DNA from: Minisyncoccota bacterium
Lineage (GTDB): Bacteria > Patescibacteriota > Minisyncoccia > Phycocordibacterales > UBA9973
Reading direction: 5' to 3'
DNA length: 64,000 nt
Assembly: GCA_039915165.1 (NCBI GenBank)
Contig: JBDSNU010000017.1
Coordinates: forward strand, 2,041-66,040
Below the pieces are notes generated by a model. That model saw only the letters and a list, made by a program, of their open reading frames with translations. It did not search any database and was not told the origin of the DNA. A program made the translations under genes and the position numbers. This document shows positions 1-10,668 of the stretch, one piece after another. How positions within the stretch are numbered: position 1 is the first letter of the stretch; every line of letters begins with the position of its first letter.

Positions 1-1
1 A

Positions 2-1645
2 TTGCGATTGTCTGGAAATGTTTATAATACATCATCACTTGCCTCTGTTAGAATGGATGTTACAAATGAGTTGCGCCCTGTCTCTTCAACTAATCCCACC
101 TCTTCGCTATTCTGGTCATTTCAAGGTAATGGCGGCGGGTATATCGACGAGGCCGTTCTTACGTCTGGCGGTAGCTACAGTGTCCTTGGCAGTATAGGAA
201 TAGGAACACTTAGTTCCCCTCAGGCATTACTGCAGATTAATCCAACTACATACACAAACTCGACAGCATATAGTGTCAACGGGTTCGCTATTCGAGTTGA
301 TCCAGCTACTTATACTACTTCTGCAGCAGGGGGCACAGTTACCACTGCTGGAGTAAGTACTTTTGGTATTTCAACACTTACTGCATCAAATGCCACTACT
401 CTCACCAGTGCGGCAACATTATATATTGCCGGTGCTCCGACGGCAGGGTCTAATGTATCAATCCCGAACCCTCTAGCATTACTCGTAGGCAGTGGATTCA
501 GTGGTTTTAATGGAGGGCTGGGTACAAATGGTCTAAACACTACTGCAAATTTGTATGTTGCAACTGGAAATGGCGCTATTAATGGATTTAATAACAGCCA
601 GTTGGTATTTGCGGGCGCCACAACTGTCACAAGTCGTATTGTAGTGAACAGTAGTACTTCAACTACTATGTCCATCGGCAATAGCTACGCAAATGCAATA
701 ATAGGTTCATCTCCTATATCTACTGCGGCTTCCGGTACACATGCGCTTCTTGCCAACATGGTAGTAAATCCAATAGGTACTATTACTCAAGGTGCTTCAT
801 CTGTAACAAATACAGCCGCTCTATATGTAGCCGGTGCTGCTTCTGCCACTGTTACTGGAGCAAACTATGCATTGTGGGTTGCATCAGGTTTGTCACAATT
901 CGGCTATGCTTCTGTGACCACGGGCACTACAGTCGCAACCTTCCAAAATGCGGGAGGAACCTGTTCCATTGTTCCCTCTACTTCAGGTGGTGTCAGTTGT
1001 TCTTCTGATATGAATTTGAAGAAAAATATTACTTTGCTCACTGACAACTCATCGTGGTCTTATAACACTAATATAACTACAGACAACCAATCTATACTAG
1101 CAAAAGTCCTTGCATTAACCCCTGTGAATTACAATTGGAATGTTGAACAAGGCTCTGATACTAAACATGCAGGTTTCATTGCACAAGAAGTACGCCAGGT
1201 ATTTCCCGATCTTGTGAACGAGGATCCTAAGACACACTTACTTGCATTGAACTATGCCGGCATTATGCCGTATGCGATTGAGGCAATAAAAGAAATGAAT
1301 CTCAATATCACCTCAATAAATGATTTAACAAAAACAAATAGTTGGAGAGATGCATTAACAAACTGGTTTGCAAGTACAGGGAATGGTATTGGTGATTTGG
1401 TTGCGAAAAAACTGAAAGCAAAAGATCAAATATGTATCAATGATACTTGTGTGACTGAAACGCAACTTAAACAAGTATTACAACAACAGGGAAGTGGAAA
1501 TACGCCTCAGACAACTACTGTGATTTCACCAGCAATTATTATCGATACTCCTCCTGCTATTACACAGACTCCGGAAACACCAGCTCCAGAAGTTGCTACT
1601 CCTATTGTTGAGAGTGAGACTATAGAAACAGCTAATCCATTGTAG
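2..1645 (+). CDS. C-terminal part of a large S/T/G-rich surface or fibre protein with a peptidase S74 (intramolecular chaperone) domain; 5' partial
   Basis: Repeated low-complexity beta-rich modules, then SSDMNLKKNI...PVNYNWN...AGFIAQEVRQVFPDLV...LNYAGIMPYAIEAIKEM (S74 signature) and a CPR-type ICINDTCVTETQLK tail. Confidence 0.8.
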   Translation: MRLSGNVYNTSSLASVRMDVTNELRPVSSTNPTSSLFWSFQGNGGGYIDEAVLTSGGSYSVLGSIGIGTLSSPQALLQINPTTYTNSTAYSVNGFAIRVDPATYTTSAAGGTVTTAGVSTFGISTLTASNATTLTSAATLYIAGAPTAGSNVSIPNPLALLVGSGFSGFNGGLGTNGLNTTANLYVATGNGAINGFNNSQLVFAGATTVTSRIVVNSSTSTTMSIGNSYANAIIGSSPISTAASGTHALLANMVVNPIGTITQGASSVTNTAALYVAGAASATVTGANYALWVASGLSQFGYASVTTGTTVATFQNAGGTCSIVPSTSGGVSCSSDMNLKKNITLLTDNSSWSYNTNITTDNQSILAKVLALTPVNYNWNVEQGSDTKHAGFIAQEVRQVFPDLVNEDPKTHLLALNYAGIMPYAIEAIKEMNLNITSINDLTKTNSWRDALTNWFASTGNGIGDLVAKKLKAKDQICINDTCVTETQLKQVLQQQGSGNTPQTTTVISPAIIIDTPPAITQTPETPAPEVATPIVESETIETANPL

Positions 1646-1681
1646 CATTGAAAAATAAGCTTTTTCTGGTACTATAGGGCT

Positions 1682-3508
1682 ATGGAACTGAAAAATATTA
1701 GAAATTTCAGCATTATCGCACACATTGACCATGGTAAGTCTACTTTGGCTGACCGTATGCTTGAAGTAACGGGCACTATTGAAGCACGTAAAATGCGTGA
1801 TCAGGTATTGGACAATATGGAGCTTGAGCGTGAGCGCGGTATTACTATCAAAATGCAGCCGGTTAGAATGCTCTGGCATTCTAACCGCCCTGAGGGAATC
1901 GAAGGGCGTACTGTTGATACTCCTTATATGTTGAACCTCATCGACACTCCTGGGCATATCGACTTCTCATATGAAGTATCTCGTGCATTGAAAGCAGTTG
2001 AAGGTTCTTTGTTGTTAGTGGATTCAACTCAAGGTGTACAAGCACAAACGTTAACTACTTTAGCAATGGCTCGTGAGTCAGGACTCGTTATCATTCCTTG
2101 TCTAACAAAAGTTGACTCGCCACTTTCTAGAATTGAAGAAACAACATTAGAGATCTGTGCATTGATCGGTTGCGATGAAAACGATGTATTAAAAGTTTCT
2201 GGTAAAACAGGTGAAGGAGTGCCAGAACTACTCGCTGCAATTATTGAAAGAATCCCGGCACCAAAAGCTGAAGAGATACATACCAAGACACAAGCATTGG
2301 TGTTTGACTTCAGTTATTCAAACCACAAAGGTGTCATTGTTTTTGTGCGATTGTTTGGAGGAAGAATTGCTAAAGGGGACACATTATCCTTTGCAGCAAG
2401 TAAACAGCAATTTCAAGCATTAGAGGTTGGTATTTTTGCACCAGAAGCAACTCCACAAGATGCGCTTGAAGCGGGAACTATTGGATATATTGTTACTGGA
2501 ATCAAACAACCAGGTATTGCCTCAGTTGGTGATACTATTATTTCTGCAAAGAATGGCGCAGAAGCACTTCACGGTTACAGTCAGCCTCGTCCTGTGGTAT
2601 GGGCATCTATTTATCCAGAAAGTCAGGATGACTTTGATGAATTACGTATGGCATTAGCTCGTCTACGTTTATCTGATTCAGCATTTTCTTTTGAAGAAGA
2701 AGTATCAGGTGCATTGGGCCGCGGTTATCGCTGTGGATTTTTGGGTATGCTGCACTTAGAAATTATTACAGAGCGACTACGACGTGAATTCGATCTTGAA
2801 TTAATCGTTACTATGCCTTCAATTACCTACGAAGTAGAAACACGTTTGAAGCAACGCATTGTGGTGTACTCTCCACACCTTTTTCCTGATGACGGCACAG
2901 TTATGAAAGTCTATGAACCATGGATTACTGTTTCTATTATCACTCCAGAACGCTATGTCAGTGTTTTGATGCCATTTATGTATGAACATGAAGCTACGGT
3001 TGGTAGCATTGATCAATTTGGTGACGATCGTGTAAAAGTTGAAGCAGTTATGCCGTTGCGTGAACTAATGCGAGGGTTTTTTGATGGACTGAAAAGTCTG
3101 ACTTCAGGATATGCATCCGTTGCATACAAGGAAGGCGAGTTGAAAGAAGCAGATGTAGTTCGTCTAGATATTATCATCGGTGATGAGCCACAACCTGCAT
3201 TTACTCGTATTGTTTCTCGTCGCCGAGCGCTTGAAGAAGGCGAAGAGTTTGTAGAGCGTCTAGAAAAGTTGATGCCACGCCAGCAAGTGGAAATGAAAAT
3301 TCAAGCCAAGGCATTCGGACGCATTATTGCTTCTCGCACTATGAAAGCCTTTCGTAAGGACGTGACCCAACACATGTATGGAGGAGACTATTCTCGAAAA
3401 CTGAAGCTGTTAGGAAAACAGAAAAAAGGTAAAAAGAAAATGCGAGAGAACGCAATCGTTAATATCCCGCATGATATCTTTATTAAAGTAATGAAAGAGA
3501 CTGACTAA
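1682..3508 (+). CDS. lepA: Elongation factor 4 (LepA)
   Basis: IRNFSIIAHIDHGKSTLADR, NLIDTPGHIDFSYEV, GFLGMLHLEII and a LepA C-terminal KKGKKKM motif. Confidence 0.98.
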   Translation: MELKNIRNFSIIAHIDHGKSTLADRMLEVTGTIEARKMRDQVLDNMELERERGITIKMQPVRMLWHSNRPEGIEGRTVDTPYMLNLIDTPGHIDFSYEVSRALKAVEGSLLLVDSTQGVQAQTLTTLAMARESGLVIIPCLTKVDSPLSRIEETTLEICALIGCDENDVLKVSGKTGEGVPELLAAIIERIPAPKAEEIHTKTQALVFDFSYSNHKGVIVFVRLFGGRIAKGDTLSFAASKQQFQALEVGIFAPEATPQDALEAGTIGYIVTGIKQPGIASVGDTIISAKNGAEALHGYSQPRPVVWASIYPESQDDFDELRMALARLRLSDSAFSFEEEVSGALGRGYRCGFLGMLHLEIITERLRREFDLELIVTMPSITYEVETRLKQRIVVYSPHLFPDDGTVMKVYEPWITVSIITPERYVSVLMPFMYEHEATVGSIDQFGDDRVKVEAVMPLRELMRGFFDGLKSLTSGYASVAYKEGELKEADVVRLDIIIGDEPQPAFTRIVSRRRALEEGEEFVERLEKLMPRQQVEMKIQAKAFGRIIASRTMKAFRKDVTQHMYGGDYSRKLKLLGKQKKGKKKMRENAIVNIPHDIFIKVMKETD

Positions 3509-3632
3509 CTGAAGAGCGGAAGGAGTGTAAATAACAACAATCCTGCGATCATCAGAATGGAAAAGATTTTCCATGCCAAATCTACTCGTTTTCTGTTATG
3601 ATTGAATAGCATAAGCACTATGCTACCACGCT

Positions 3633-4034
3633 ATGGCAAAAAAGCAATTTTCAGAACCACGTCAATATAGTGTCCCGCCCAAGCGCATATTAGGCGCCGC
3701 CATTTCGTTGGTGATTTTTTTTCTTTTCCTTACTTCAGTTATTGGCTTAGCTCAGAAATATTTTACAATCAAGGCTCGTAATAAAGAATTGAATATTGAA
3801 CAATCAGCATTAGCACAAAAAGAAAAAAGTCTTACTACTACCAATACCTATCTTGCCACACCAGAAGGAACAGAGCAGTCATTACGTGAGCGTTATAATT
3901 ATATCAAACCAGGAGAAGAAATGATTGTTATTACTCCCGATACTGCTCCTCCTATAGTAGAACAAAAAACCGGAGTAGCGCATTGGTGGGACCAATTACT
4001 CCGAGGGCTGGGGCTCCGTAAGGATCAACAATAA
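3633..4034 (+). CDS. Septum formation initiator family protein (FtsB/DivIC-like)
   Basis: One TM helix, a coiled coil and an E..LRERYNYIKPGEEMIVI motif. Confidence 0.75.
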   Translation: MAKKQFSEPRQYSVPPKRILGAAISLVIFFLFLTSVIGLAQKYFTIKARNKELNIEQSALAQKEKSLTTTNTYLATPEGTEQSLRERYNYIKPGEEMIVITPDTAPPIVEQKTGVAHWWDQLLRGLGLRKDQQ

Positions 4035-4120
4035 TGTCGTAGACGCTAAGTGCCAGTGAAGTGCTATACTATATATAGCGATCGAATAAGGGAAATATCA
4101 GAATAATATCTTAGAAATAT

Positions 4121-4354
4121 ATGAAACCAGTAACAATCTATACAACAGACACCTGCCATTACTGTAATATGGCAAAAGCGTACTTTAAAGAAAATAACGT
4201 TGCTTATACTGAATACAATGTAGGTACAGACGCTGAAAAGCGCGCAGAAATGATCAACTTAACTCATCAGCTCGGCGTACCTGTTATTGTGGTAGGAGAC
4301 ACAGCTATGGTTGGCTTCCAAGAAAGCAAAGTAGCTGAACTTCTCGCAGCATAA
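4121..4354 (+). CDS. Glutaredoxin/NrdH-like redoxin
   Basis: TIYTTDTCHYC, GVPVIVVG, MVGF. Confidence 0.9.
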   Translation: MKPVTIYTTDTCHYCNMAKAYFKENNVAYTEYNVGTDAEKRAEMINLTHQLGVPVIVVGDTAMVGFQESKVAELLAA

Positions 4355-4416
4355 GCAATAAAAGTGAAAGGCTTTGCTGCGCCCTAGCCCTGAACATAGC
4401 TGAAGGGCGGCGGCGA

Positions 4417-4488
4417 GTCCTTGTAGTTAAATGGATATAACTGCTCCGTCCTAAGGAGTAATTGTCAGTTCGATTCTGGCCGAGGACA
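4417..4488 (+). tRNA. tRNA-Arg(CCT)
   Basis: GTCCTTG/CGAGGAC acceptor stem, GCTCC-GTCCTAA-GGAGT anticodon arm, GTTCGATTC T-loop. Confidence 0.88.
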
Positions 4489-4520
4489 CAATAAAAATGC
4501 ATATGGTATAATTTTCTTAC

Positions 4521-4829
4521 ATGGATACAGAACTCAATGACCGTCTCGATAGAATAGAAAAAATGGTAAGCGACAACAATCGTATGCTGACCAAAATGCG
4601 TAAGGCACAAAAGAATGCTGTCTACTGGCGCATCGTATACTGGCTCGTCATCATCGGGCTGACTATTGCATCGTTTTATGCTATTCAACCCTATATAAGC
4701 CAATTTGGAGCCGCATATGGCATAGGGGGAGGCAGTAGTGCAGATAGTTCTAGTACTACTGAGACAAGTACTACCCAAACTCTTTTAAACCTGGTAAAAC
4801 AATATCAAGCAGATCAGAAAGCTAAGTAA
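4521..4829 (+). CDS. Conserved hypothetical single-TM protein
   Basis: Coiled N-terminus plus a hydrophobic helix; TGGTATAAT promoter just upstream. Confidence 0.65.
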   Translation: MDTELNDRLDRIEKMVSDNNRMLTKMRKAQKNAVYWRIVYWLVIIGLTIASFYAIQPYISQFGAAYGIGGGSSADSSSTTETSTTQTLLNLVKQYQADQKAK

Positions 4830-4955
4830 CTGAAGTTGCTTTTCGGGTGTTTTTGCGGTATAAAATAGGAGCCGAACTCGCTCAGGTAAGAAAATCTTCC
4901 CCAAGCGTCGCTCGGATATATAATGAATTCAGTATTCATTATATAGTCCTCACTA

Positions 4956-5028
4956 GCTTGGGTAGCTCAGTTGGTAGAGCGCTCCCCTGAAGAGGGAGAT
5001 GTCACCAGTTCAAATCTGGTCCCAAGCA
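4956..5028 (+). tRNA. tRNA-Phe(GAA)
   Basis: GCTTGGG/CCCAAGC acceptor stem, CTCCC-CTGAAGA-GGGAG anticodon arm, GTTCAAATC T-loop. Confidence 0.93.
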
Positions 5029-5154
5029 CTTCACTACGTTCAGTGACTGCGACGTAACAAAAAATCCCTCTATGAGGGATTTTTTGCTGCATTGACATAT
5101 ATTAATATTCATTATATGGTAATAAAAATTCACAATTAAAAAAAGGAGGAAAAT

Positions 5155-6411
5155 ATGATATGGGATCCGTATGGAGCGTTCCAAACTCACACATTAGAAA
5201 ATGGTTTGACAATACACGCAGTACAAATGTCGTGTCCATGGCAAAGAATAAGATGCAGTATACATTCAGGTGGAACTCAAGATCCAGAAGACAAGTTGGG
5301 TCTGGCGCATTTCACAGAACATCTACTATCTCAAAATGCACCACTGCCTTGCGAGGAAATCAACGATTATTTTAATGATTTAGGAGGAGATGCAATGCTA
5401 GGGGCAACCAGTTATTGGAAAACGTATTATAGCTTTTACATTCCAGCAAAAGATGACGTACTGAAACAATCACTAGATTTGTTCGGGAAAATGCTACTTA
5501 GTGCTAAATTGGAAAAAAATATTGAACGTGAACGTCAGGTTATTTTAAATGAATTTCATAAAAAATATCCTGTTTCATTCAAGTATGATATTCAAATGAA
5601 AACGCACGAGGTCTTATTTAAAGGTATGGCTATGGGTCGTAGTTTGGATACTCTCGGTAATCCAGCGACCATTAAAACAATTGAAGCGAAAGATGTACAG
5701 TCATTTTATGATGAGCATTATACGCCGGCCAATATGACCATTGTTGCAGTAGGGGCATACTCTCTCGAACAACTTGTAAAATTTTTTTCAGAGAGCTCGT
5801 TTGCAATCACCAAACAAGGATCACGGAATGTATTAGAGCCAATTGTTTCATTTCCTGATGTTGATAAACAACGTATCGAAATTGTAATAAGTGATTATGT
5901 AGATACAAAGTTGTTCGCCCCCAGTTTTTCCTATGAAAGCTATGTTAAGATCCCCTTAAGTTTCAGTGAAGCTGCTGTTGCAATCTGTTGCAGGATGTTA
6001 ACTGATTTATTAGATGAAGAGGTGCGGCAAAATCAAGGCTGGACCTATGGTATTAGTTCTAAATATAGCCAATCTCCTCAGTTTAATAAAATGCAGATAT
6101 TCTCAGCATCAATCGCTATAGTGGCTTTGGATTGTATCGAAGAGAAAATAGATGGGATTATCAGTGCAATTATTAACTCAGAAGCTCTTTTTGAGAAGAT
6201 AAGAAATAATAAACTCGCTGCATCACTCATGGACGATGAAAGTGGTTCCATGATACTCAATACAGCGTCAGAGGAAATCTTCTATCATGGCAAGACCACT
6301 TCTATGAGCGAGCATCAAAGTAATCTCCGGACTGTTACATTTCAAGATGTTTGTGATGTTGCTGCATATTGGAAAACAAAAAAAAGGATAACTGTAATCA
6401 ACAGACCTTAA
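5155..6411 (+). CDS. M16 family (pitrilysin-like) zinc peptidase
   Basis: TLENGL, GLAHFTEHLL (HxxEH), ERERQVILNE, YTPANMTIVAVG. Confidence 0.9.
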   Translation: MIWDPYGAFQTHTLENGLTIHAVQMSCPWQRIRCSIHSGGTQDPEDKLGLAHFTEHLLSQNAPLPCEEINDYFNDLGGDAMLGATSYWKTYYSFYIPAKDDVLKQSLDLFGKMLLSAKLEKNIERERQVILNEFHKKYPVSFKYDIQMKTHEVLFKGMAMGRSLDTLGNPATIKTIEAKDVQSFYDEHYTPANMTIVAVGAYSLEQLVKFFSESSFAITKQGSRNVLEPIVSFPDVDKQRIEIVISDYVDTKLFAPSFSYESYVKIPLSFSEAAVAICCRMLTDLLDEEVRQNQGWTYGISSKYSQSPQFNKMQIFSASIAIVALDCIEEKIDGIISAIINSEALFEKIRNNKLAASLMDDESGSMILNTASEEIFYHGKTTSMSEHQSNLRTVTFQDVCDVAAYWKTKKRITVINRP

Positions 6412-6459
6412 AAATCAAACACCCTGCTAGTAATTACTAGCAGGGTGTTTTTCTTTGGT

Positions 6460-7038
6460 CTATATAGATTTGATCTTCAGTGCCGCCTTTCGTCCCTTAT
6501 CGAGTTTAGGTAACTTGATCATGAGAAGGCCATGGCGTTCGATTGCTTCAGCATTATCGATTTCAACTTCTACTGGTAGGTCGATGATTCTTTCGAATGC
6601 GCCCCAGTATAGTTCTTGAATATGATAACTGTCTTGTGAGATTGCTTTGTTTTCTTCACGCTTGCCAGAGATTGAAACAACATCACGAGTGATATTAATA
6701 TTCAAATGTTCAGGCATAACTCCTGCGATCAGTGTCTGGATGATAACTTCATGAGCAGTTTCGTAGACATCAACAGGAAGCTGTCCAACTTCTTCTTCAG
6801 GTTGTTGCAATACTACAGGGCGTTCTTCCTCTTCATCATCATTCATAAATGCAGAACTGATAGGGAGTTCGCGTTTTTGTGGCTCAGGGAATGATTGTTG
6901 AGTTGTCAGAGTAGTGCGAATCGGTGCTTTGTATTTGATATCCTTTGATGGCTCTTCACTTGCTTCATCGAAGTCTTCTTCATTTTCATTAAAGCGAAGG
7001 TTGCCGGCTAGTCTTTCAAAAAATGATCGCTTTTTCAT
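6460..7038 (-). CDS. Hsp20/alpha-crystallin family small heat-shock protein
   Basis: LPVDVYET...QELYWGAFERIIDLP...GLLMIKLPK. Confidence 0.9.
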   Translation of the reverse strand: MKKRSFFERLAGNLRFNENEEDFDEASEEPSKDIKYKAPIRTTLTTQQSFPEPQKRELPISSAFMNDDEEEERPVVLQQPEEEVGQLPVDVYETAHEVIIQTLIAGVMPEHLNINITRDVVSISGKREENKAISQDSYHIQELYWGAFERIIDLPVEVEIDNAEAIERHGLLMIKLPKLDKGRKAALKIKSI

Positions 7039-7730
7039 AGTTGGGGTTGAGCTTGATCTTCTTGCACAGGAATGCGACGAAGTTTTTCAAGAATTATGTG
7101 ACTTATAATAGCGGCGATCCACAAGTATCCATAGATTTGCAATACGCTTGCGGTATCGTGCTTAAGTATAAAGAAGTTAAAGGTTGCATGCAAGAAAATT
7201 GCTGCAGTAATACCGACTGGAATAGATATCGAGCGGAATTTTTTTGGTGCAAGACCAATACTTATACCAATCAAACAGCTGGCAATGGTGTGAAGCAGTG
7301 TAGATCCAAAGAAACGCAGACCTCCTGTCAAAAGTATAGCGGTCATATTAGTACTCACACTTGGCTGTAGTACATAAAAAATATTTTCTAATGCAGCGAA
7401 TCCCAGTGCAACCACAATCATGTAGATAGGCGGCTCAATAGCGTGATCGTCATAATCACTTTTGTATGCAATAAAATAAAACACCAAAAATTTAATGATT
7501 TCTTCAATAGCTGCCCATACTACAATGCGCGAATTAGCCCCTACAATGGCCCCCTTAAGGCTTTGCTGTAAGAATGTGGCAACCAATACGCTAATAGCCC
7601 CTGCAATGAAGCACGTCATAAGTAAGCCAAATGGTTCCATGTGATCTTTATCAATATTCAACCAAAAAATCAGCCAAATAACTGAAGGAATAAATCCAAC
7701 CAATAGAGGGATAAGTAATCCTGAATTCAT
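7035..7730 (-). CDS. PrsW family intramembrane glutamic protease
   Basis: EP motif, AAIEEIIK, GFAALENIFY, LLH and LHATFNF; start uncertain (7730 or 7745). Confidence 0.88.
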   Translation of the reverse strand: MNSGLLIPLLVGFIPSVIWLIFWLNIDKDHMEPFGLLMTCFIAGAISVLVATFLQQSLKGAIVGANSRIVVWAAIEEIIKFLVFYFIAYKSDYDDHAIEPPIYMIVVALGFAALENIFYVLQPSVSTNMTAILLTGGLRFFGSTLLHTIASCLIGISIGLAPKKFRSISIPVGITAAIFLHATFNFFILKHDTASVLQIYGYLWIAAIISHIILEKLRRIPVQEDQAQPQL

Positions 7731-9955
7731 TACTTCATTGGCCATGTTGTAACCATGAGTAATTGCTTATTATCAATCGGTAATAGATCGTAAATTGCTT
7801 CAGTCACAAATGGCATAAATGGGTGGAGTGCCGTGATAGTTTCAGAAAGTAGTGTTAACAATAATTTCTGGCGAGATAGTTTGATAGCAGGGTCTTCACT
7901 AGTAAGTAGTGATTTACTTTCTTCAAGAATAGTGTTAGCAAATTCATCCCAAATAAAGTGATATATACCTTCGGTCGCTAAGTGTAGTCTGTATGTTTCT
8001 AAATCAGTAGTAATACTTTGAAGAGTAGTGTGCCATGCAGCAAGTACTACTTCATCATCTTTTGTATATATTGCAGTACTTACTTCGGCAGAATAATTTG
8101 TGAGCACAAATCTAGCAATGTTCCAGAGCTTGTTTGCAAAAAGTTTATATCCTTTGATACGACTTTCATCAAATTTAATATCACTACCCACAGCACTTCC
8201 TACAATAAGGCCCATACGTAGCGCATCGGCACCGTATTTTTCAATCATCTCAAGAGGATCCACGCCATTGTTAAGTGATTTACTAAACTTACGGCCATCT
8301 TTTGCACGAACGAGGCCGTGAATCAATACTTTTTTAAATGGTACCTGTCCAAGGTGAAAACCACTCATCAAAATCATACGAGATACCCATAATGGCAAAA
8401 TCTCATATGCAGGGGCAATCAATGAAGTAGGGTGGTATGTTTTGAGGTCAGGAGTTTCTTCAGGCCAACCTAGTGTAGAGAATGTCCATAATGCAGAAGA
8501 AAACCATGTATCAAGTACATCTACTTCTTGCTCCCAGCCGTCTCCTTCAGGAGCTACGACGTTGCAATAAATTTCTTTACCTTTTTCTGTAGCGCGATAC
8601 CATACGGGGATACGATGACCGAACCAAATCTGACGTGAAATACACCAGTCATGCAAATTTTCAATCCAGTGAAAATATGTTTTACGAAAACCTTCCTGAG
8701 ACATATCAATTGCCCCGCTCTCCACCGCTGTTTTCATCAATGTCTTCAATGTAGTTTCGCTACCACTAGCAATGCCTGGGATTTTTGAGTGGGGAATTAT
8801 AAAAGGCTTGTTAACGCCAATGAACCATTGTTCCATGATCTGAGGTTCAATTGTTGCACCGGTTCGTTCTGATGTTGCAATGTTATGCATATAGTTCTCT
8901 TCAATACGAACTAATAAACCTTTTTCTTTAAGTTTTTCCACAATCTTTTCTCGAGCCTCAGAAATTTTCAATCCAGCAAACTCTCCAGCAATAGGAAGTA
9001 GTTTCCCATACTTATCAATAACTTGTTCTTTGTCGAGGTGGTGACGTTCAGCAATTTCAAAGTCCACCATTGAGTGCCATGGAGTAATAGTCATTGCCCC
9101 AGTACCTATTTCCGGGTCACTGGCAGCGTCTTTAATTACTGTTGCAACAATCGGGCCATTGATCCATTCGAGTTCAATTTTTTGACCATGAGTATACTCT
9201 TGGTATTTTGCATCATCAGGATTAACTACAATATATTTGTCACCAAACTTTGTTTCGGGACGAGCAGTACCGATTACGAAAGGACCGTATTGAAAATAAT
9301 AAAATTTTGCCTTTTCTTCTACGTACACCACTTCATCATCTGAAATAGTGGTTTGCCCCTTTGGATCCCAGTTAACAATACGATGACCTTGATAAATAAG
9401 CCCTGCATCATACATTCGTTTGAATGCGGTAAAGACTGCGCGATTTCTTTTTTCATCCAGTGTGTATGCATAGCGAGTCCAGTCAAGTGAAGCACCCATC
9501 TTTCGAACTTGGCCCAAAATAGTATTTTCACTATCTTTTGCGAATGCATGTACGCGTTTTACCATTTCTTCACGACCAAGATCATGCCGAGTTTTACCTC
9601 CTTCTTTTTGTAAGTTTTTTTCTACACGAGCTTGTGTCGCAATTGCTGCAGAGTCTGTTCCTGGGATCCACAAAGTTTTTTTACCATTCATACGATTAAA
9701 ACGGACAATGATATCTTGCAGTGTATCTTCGTAGGCATGACCAACGTGCAGAGTTCCTGTCACATTGGGAGGGGGGAGGACAATAGTAAATGCTTCGGCA
9801 TCAGGTTTTGTTAACCCATCCTTGATCATATTTTCTGGCGTGAAGTATCCAGAATCTTCCCACTTCTTATAAATAGACACTTCTTCTGCAGCTGGGTCGT
9901 ACGGTTTTAATAATTTTTCGGGTACTTGCCCTGAGGTATTCGAATGGGGTTGCAT
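7730..9955 (-). CDS. valS: Valine--tRNA ligase (short form, no C-terminal coiled coil)
   Basis: PPPNVTGTLHVGH, DWCISRQIWFGHRIP, KFSKS, LHPFMPFVTE. Confidence 0.96.
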   Translation of the reverse strand: MQPHSNTSGQVPEKLLKPYDPAAEEVSIYKKWEDSGYFTPENMIKDGLTKPDAEAFTIVLPPPNVTGTLHVGHAYEDTLQDIIVRFNRMNGKKTLWIPGTDSAAIATQARVEKNLQKEGGKTRHDLGREEMVKRVHAFAKDSENTILGQVRKMGASLDWTRYAYTLDEKRNRAVFTAFKRMYDAGLIYQGHRIVNWDPKGQTTISDDEVVYVEEKAKFYYFQYGPFVIGTARPETKFGDKYIVVNPDDAKYQEYTHGQKIELEWINGPIVATVIKDAASDPEIGTGAMTITPWHSMVDFEIAERHHLDKEQVIDKYGKLLPIAGEFAGLKISEAREKIVEKLKEKGLLVRIEENYMHNIATSERTGATIEPQIMEQWFIGVNKPFIIPHSKIPGIASGSETTLKTLMKTAVESGAIDMSQEGFRKTYFHWIENLHDWCISRQIWFGHRIPVWYRATEKGKEIYCNVVAPEGDGWEQEVDVLDTWFSSALWTFSTLGWPEETPDLKTYHPTSLIAPAYEILPLWVSRMILMSGFHLGQVPFKKVLIHGLVRAKDGRKFSKSLNNGVDPLEMIEKYGADALRMGLIVGSAVGSDIKFDESRIKGYKLFANKLWNIARFVLTNYSAEVSTAIYTKDDEVVLAAWHTTLQSITTDLETYRLHLATEGIYHFIWDEFANTILEESKSLLTSEDPAIKLSRQKLLLTLLSETITALHPFMPFVTEAIYDLLPIDNKQLLMVTTWPMK

Positions 9956-10101
9956 ATCAAGTTACTATATCATTAATTACCCTTTGTTTCTATAGCGCTA
10001 TGGCGATTTCTCATATGTAATAGCACAGGCAGCATCTTCATTGACTTTTATCATAAAATATGTTTTAATATAATAAATTCACCTCATTAAAATATAGTCG
10101 T

Positions 10102-10617
10102 ATGAAAATAATTTTGCTTTCCGTATTATTTTGGATAATTGCAATCGCAGTATTTGCTCAAGAAAAATGGGTACCAGTTGATGCCAATAAGAAATATCTG
10201 GCAGTAACTATTATGCCTGATGGAACATTCCAAAAAATTATTCTTGATGCAGATGAAAATGCTAAACAAGAATTTGTCCATGTAGCTTTAGCAAATACTA
10301 ACAACACTGCCCCGATTACTTTACAGCAAAGAATGTATTACATTGGTCAAACAGTTAATACAGACGACCTCTCCTCAATTTCCGAAAGTGATGCATATCG
10401 CTTTCTGGCCAATCAATTGTGTGAAAGTTGTAGTGTACAACGAGTAGTGAGTAAAAATGTAGTGACGTTTATGTGTACTCACGATTCATCCGGTAGATTG
10501 ATGCTTATACAAACGTATTGGGATCAACCAACTGCTAAATGGATTGTGAATGTCTCATACACTAACGTTGCTCATCAAACATTCAAAATCATTAAACCTT
10601 CAAGGTTTGTTTATTAA
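10102..10617 (+). CDS. Orphan secreted protein (signal peptide ...AVFA|QEK)
   Basis: Own TTGACT promoter and hairpin terminator; classical signal peptide. Confidence 0.65.
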   Translation: MKIILLSVLFWIIAIAVFAQEKWVPVDANKKYLAVTIMPDGTFQKIILDADENAKQEFVHVALANTNNTAPITLQQRMYYIGQTVNTDDLSSISESDAYRFLANQLCESCSVQRVVSKNVVTFMCTHDSSGRLMLIQTYWDQPTAKWIVNVSYTNVAHQTFKIIKPSRFVY

Positions 10618-10668
10618 AGCAAACTGTCCACATAGGCCATTACAATAATAATTGTAATGGCCTATTTT

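Noticed and set aside
7730-9955. Short ValRS (and short AlaRS at 57838-59604) as pseudogenes
   Set aside because: Catalytic motifs are intact and the stops are clean; the shortened forms are consistent with CPR streamlining.
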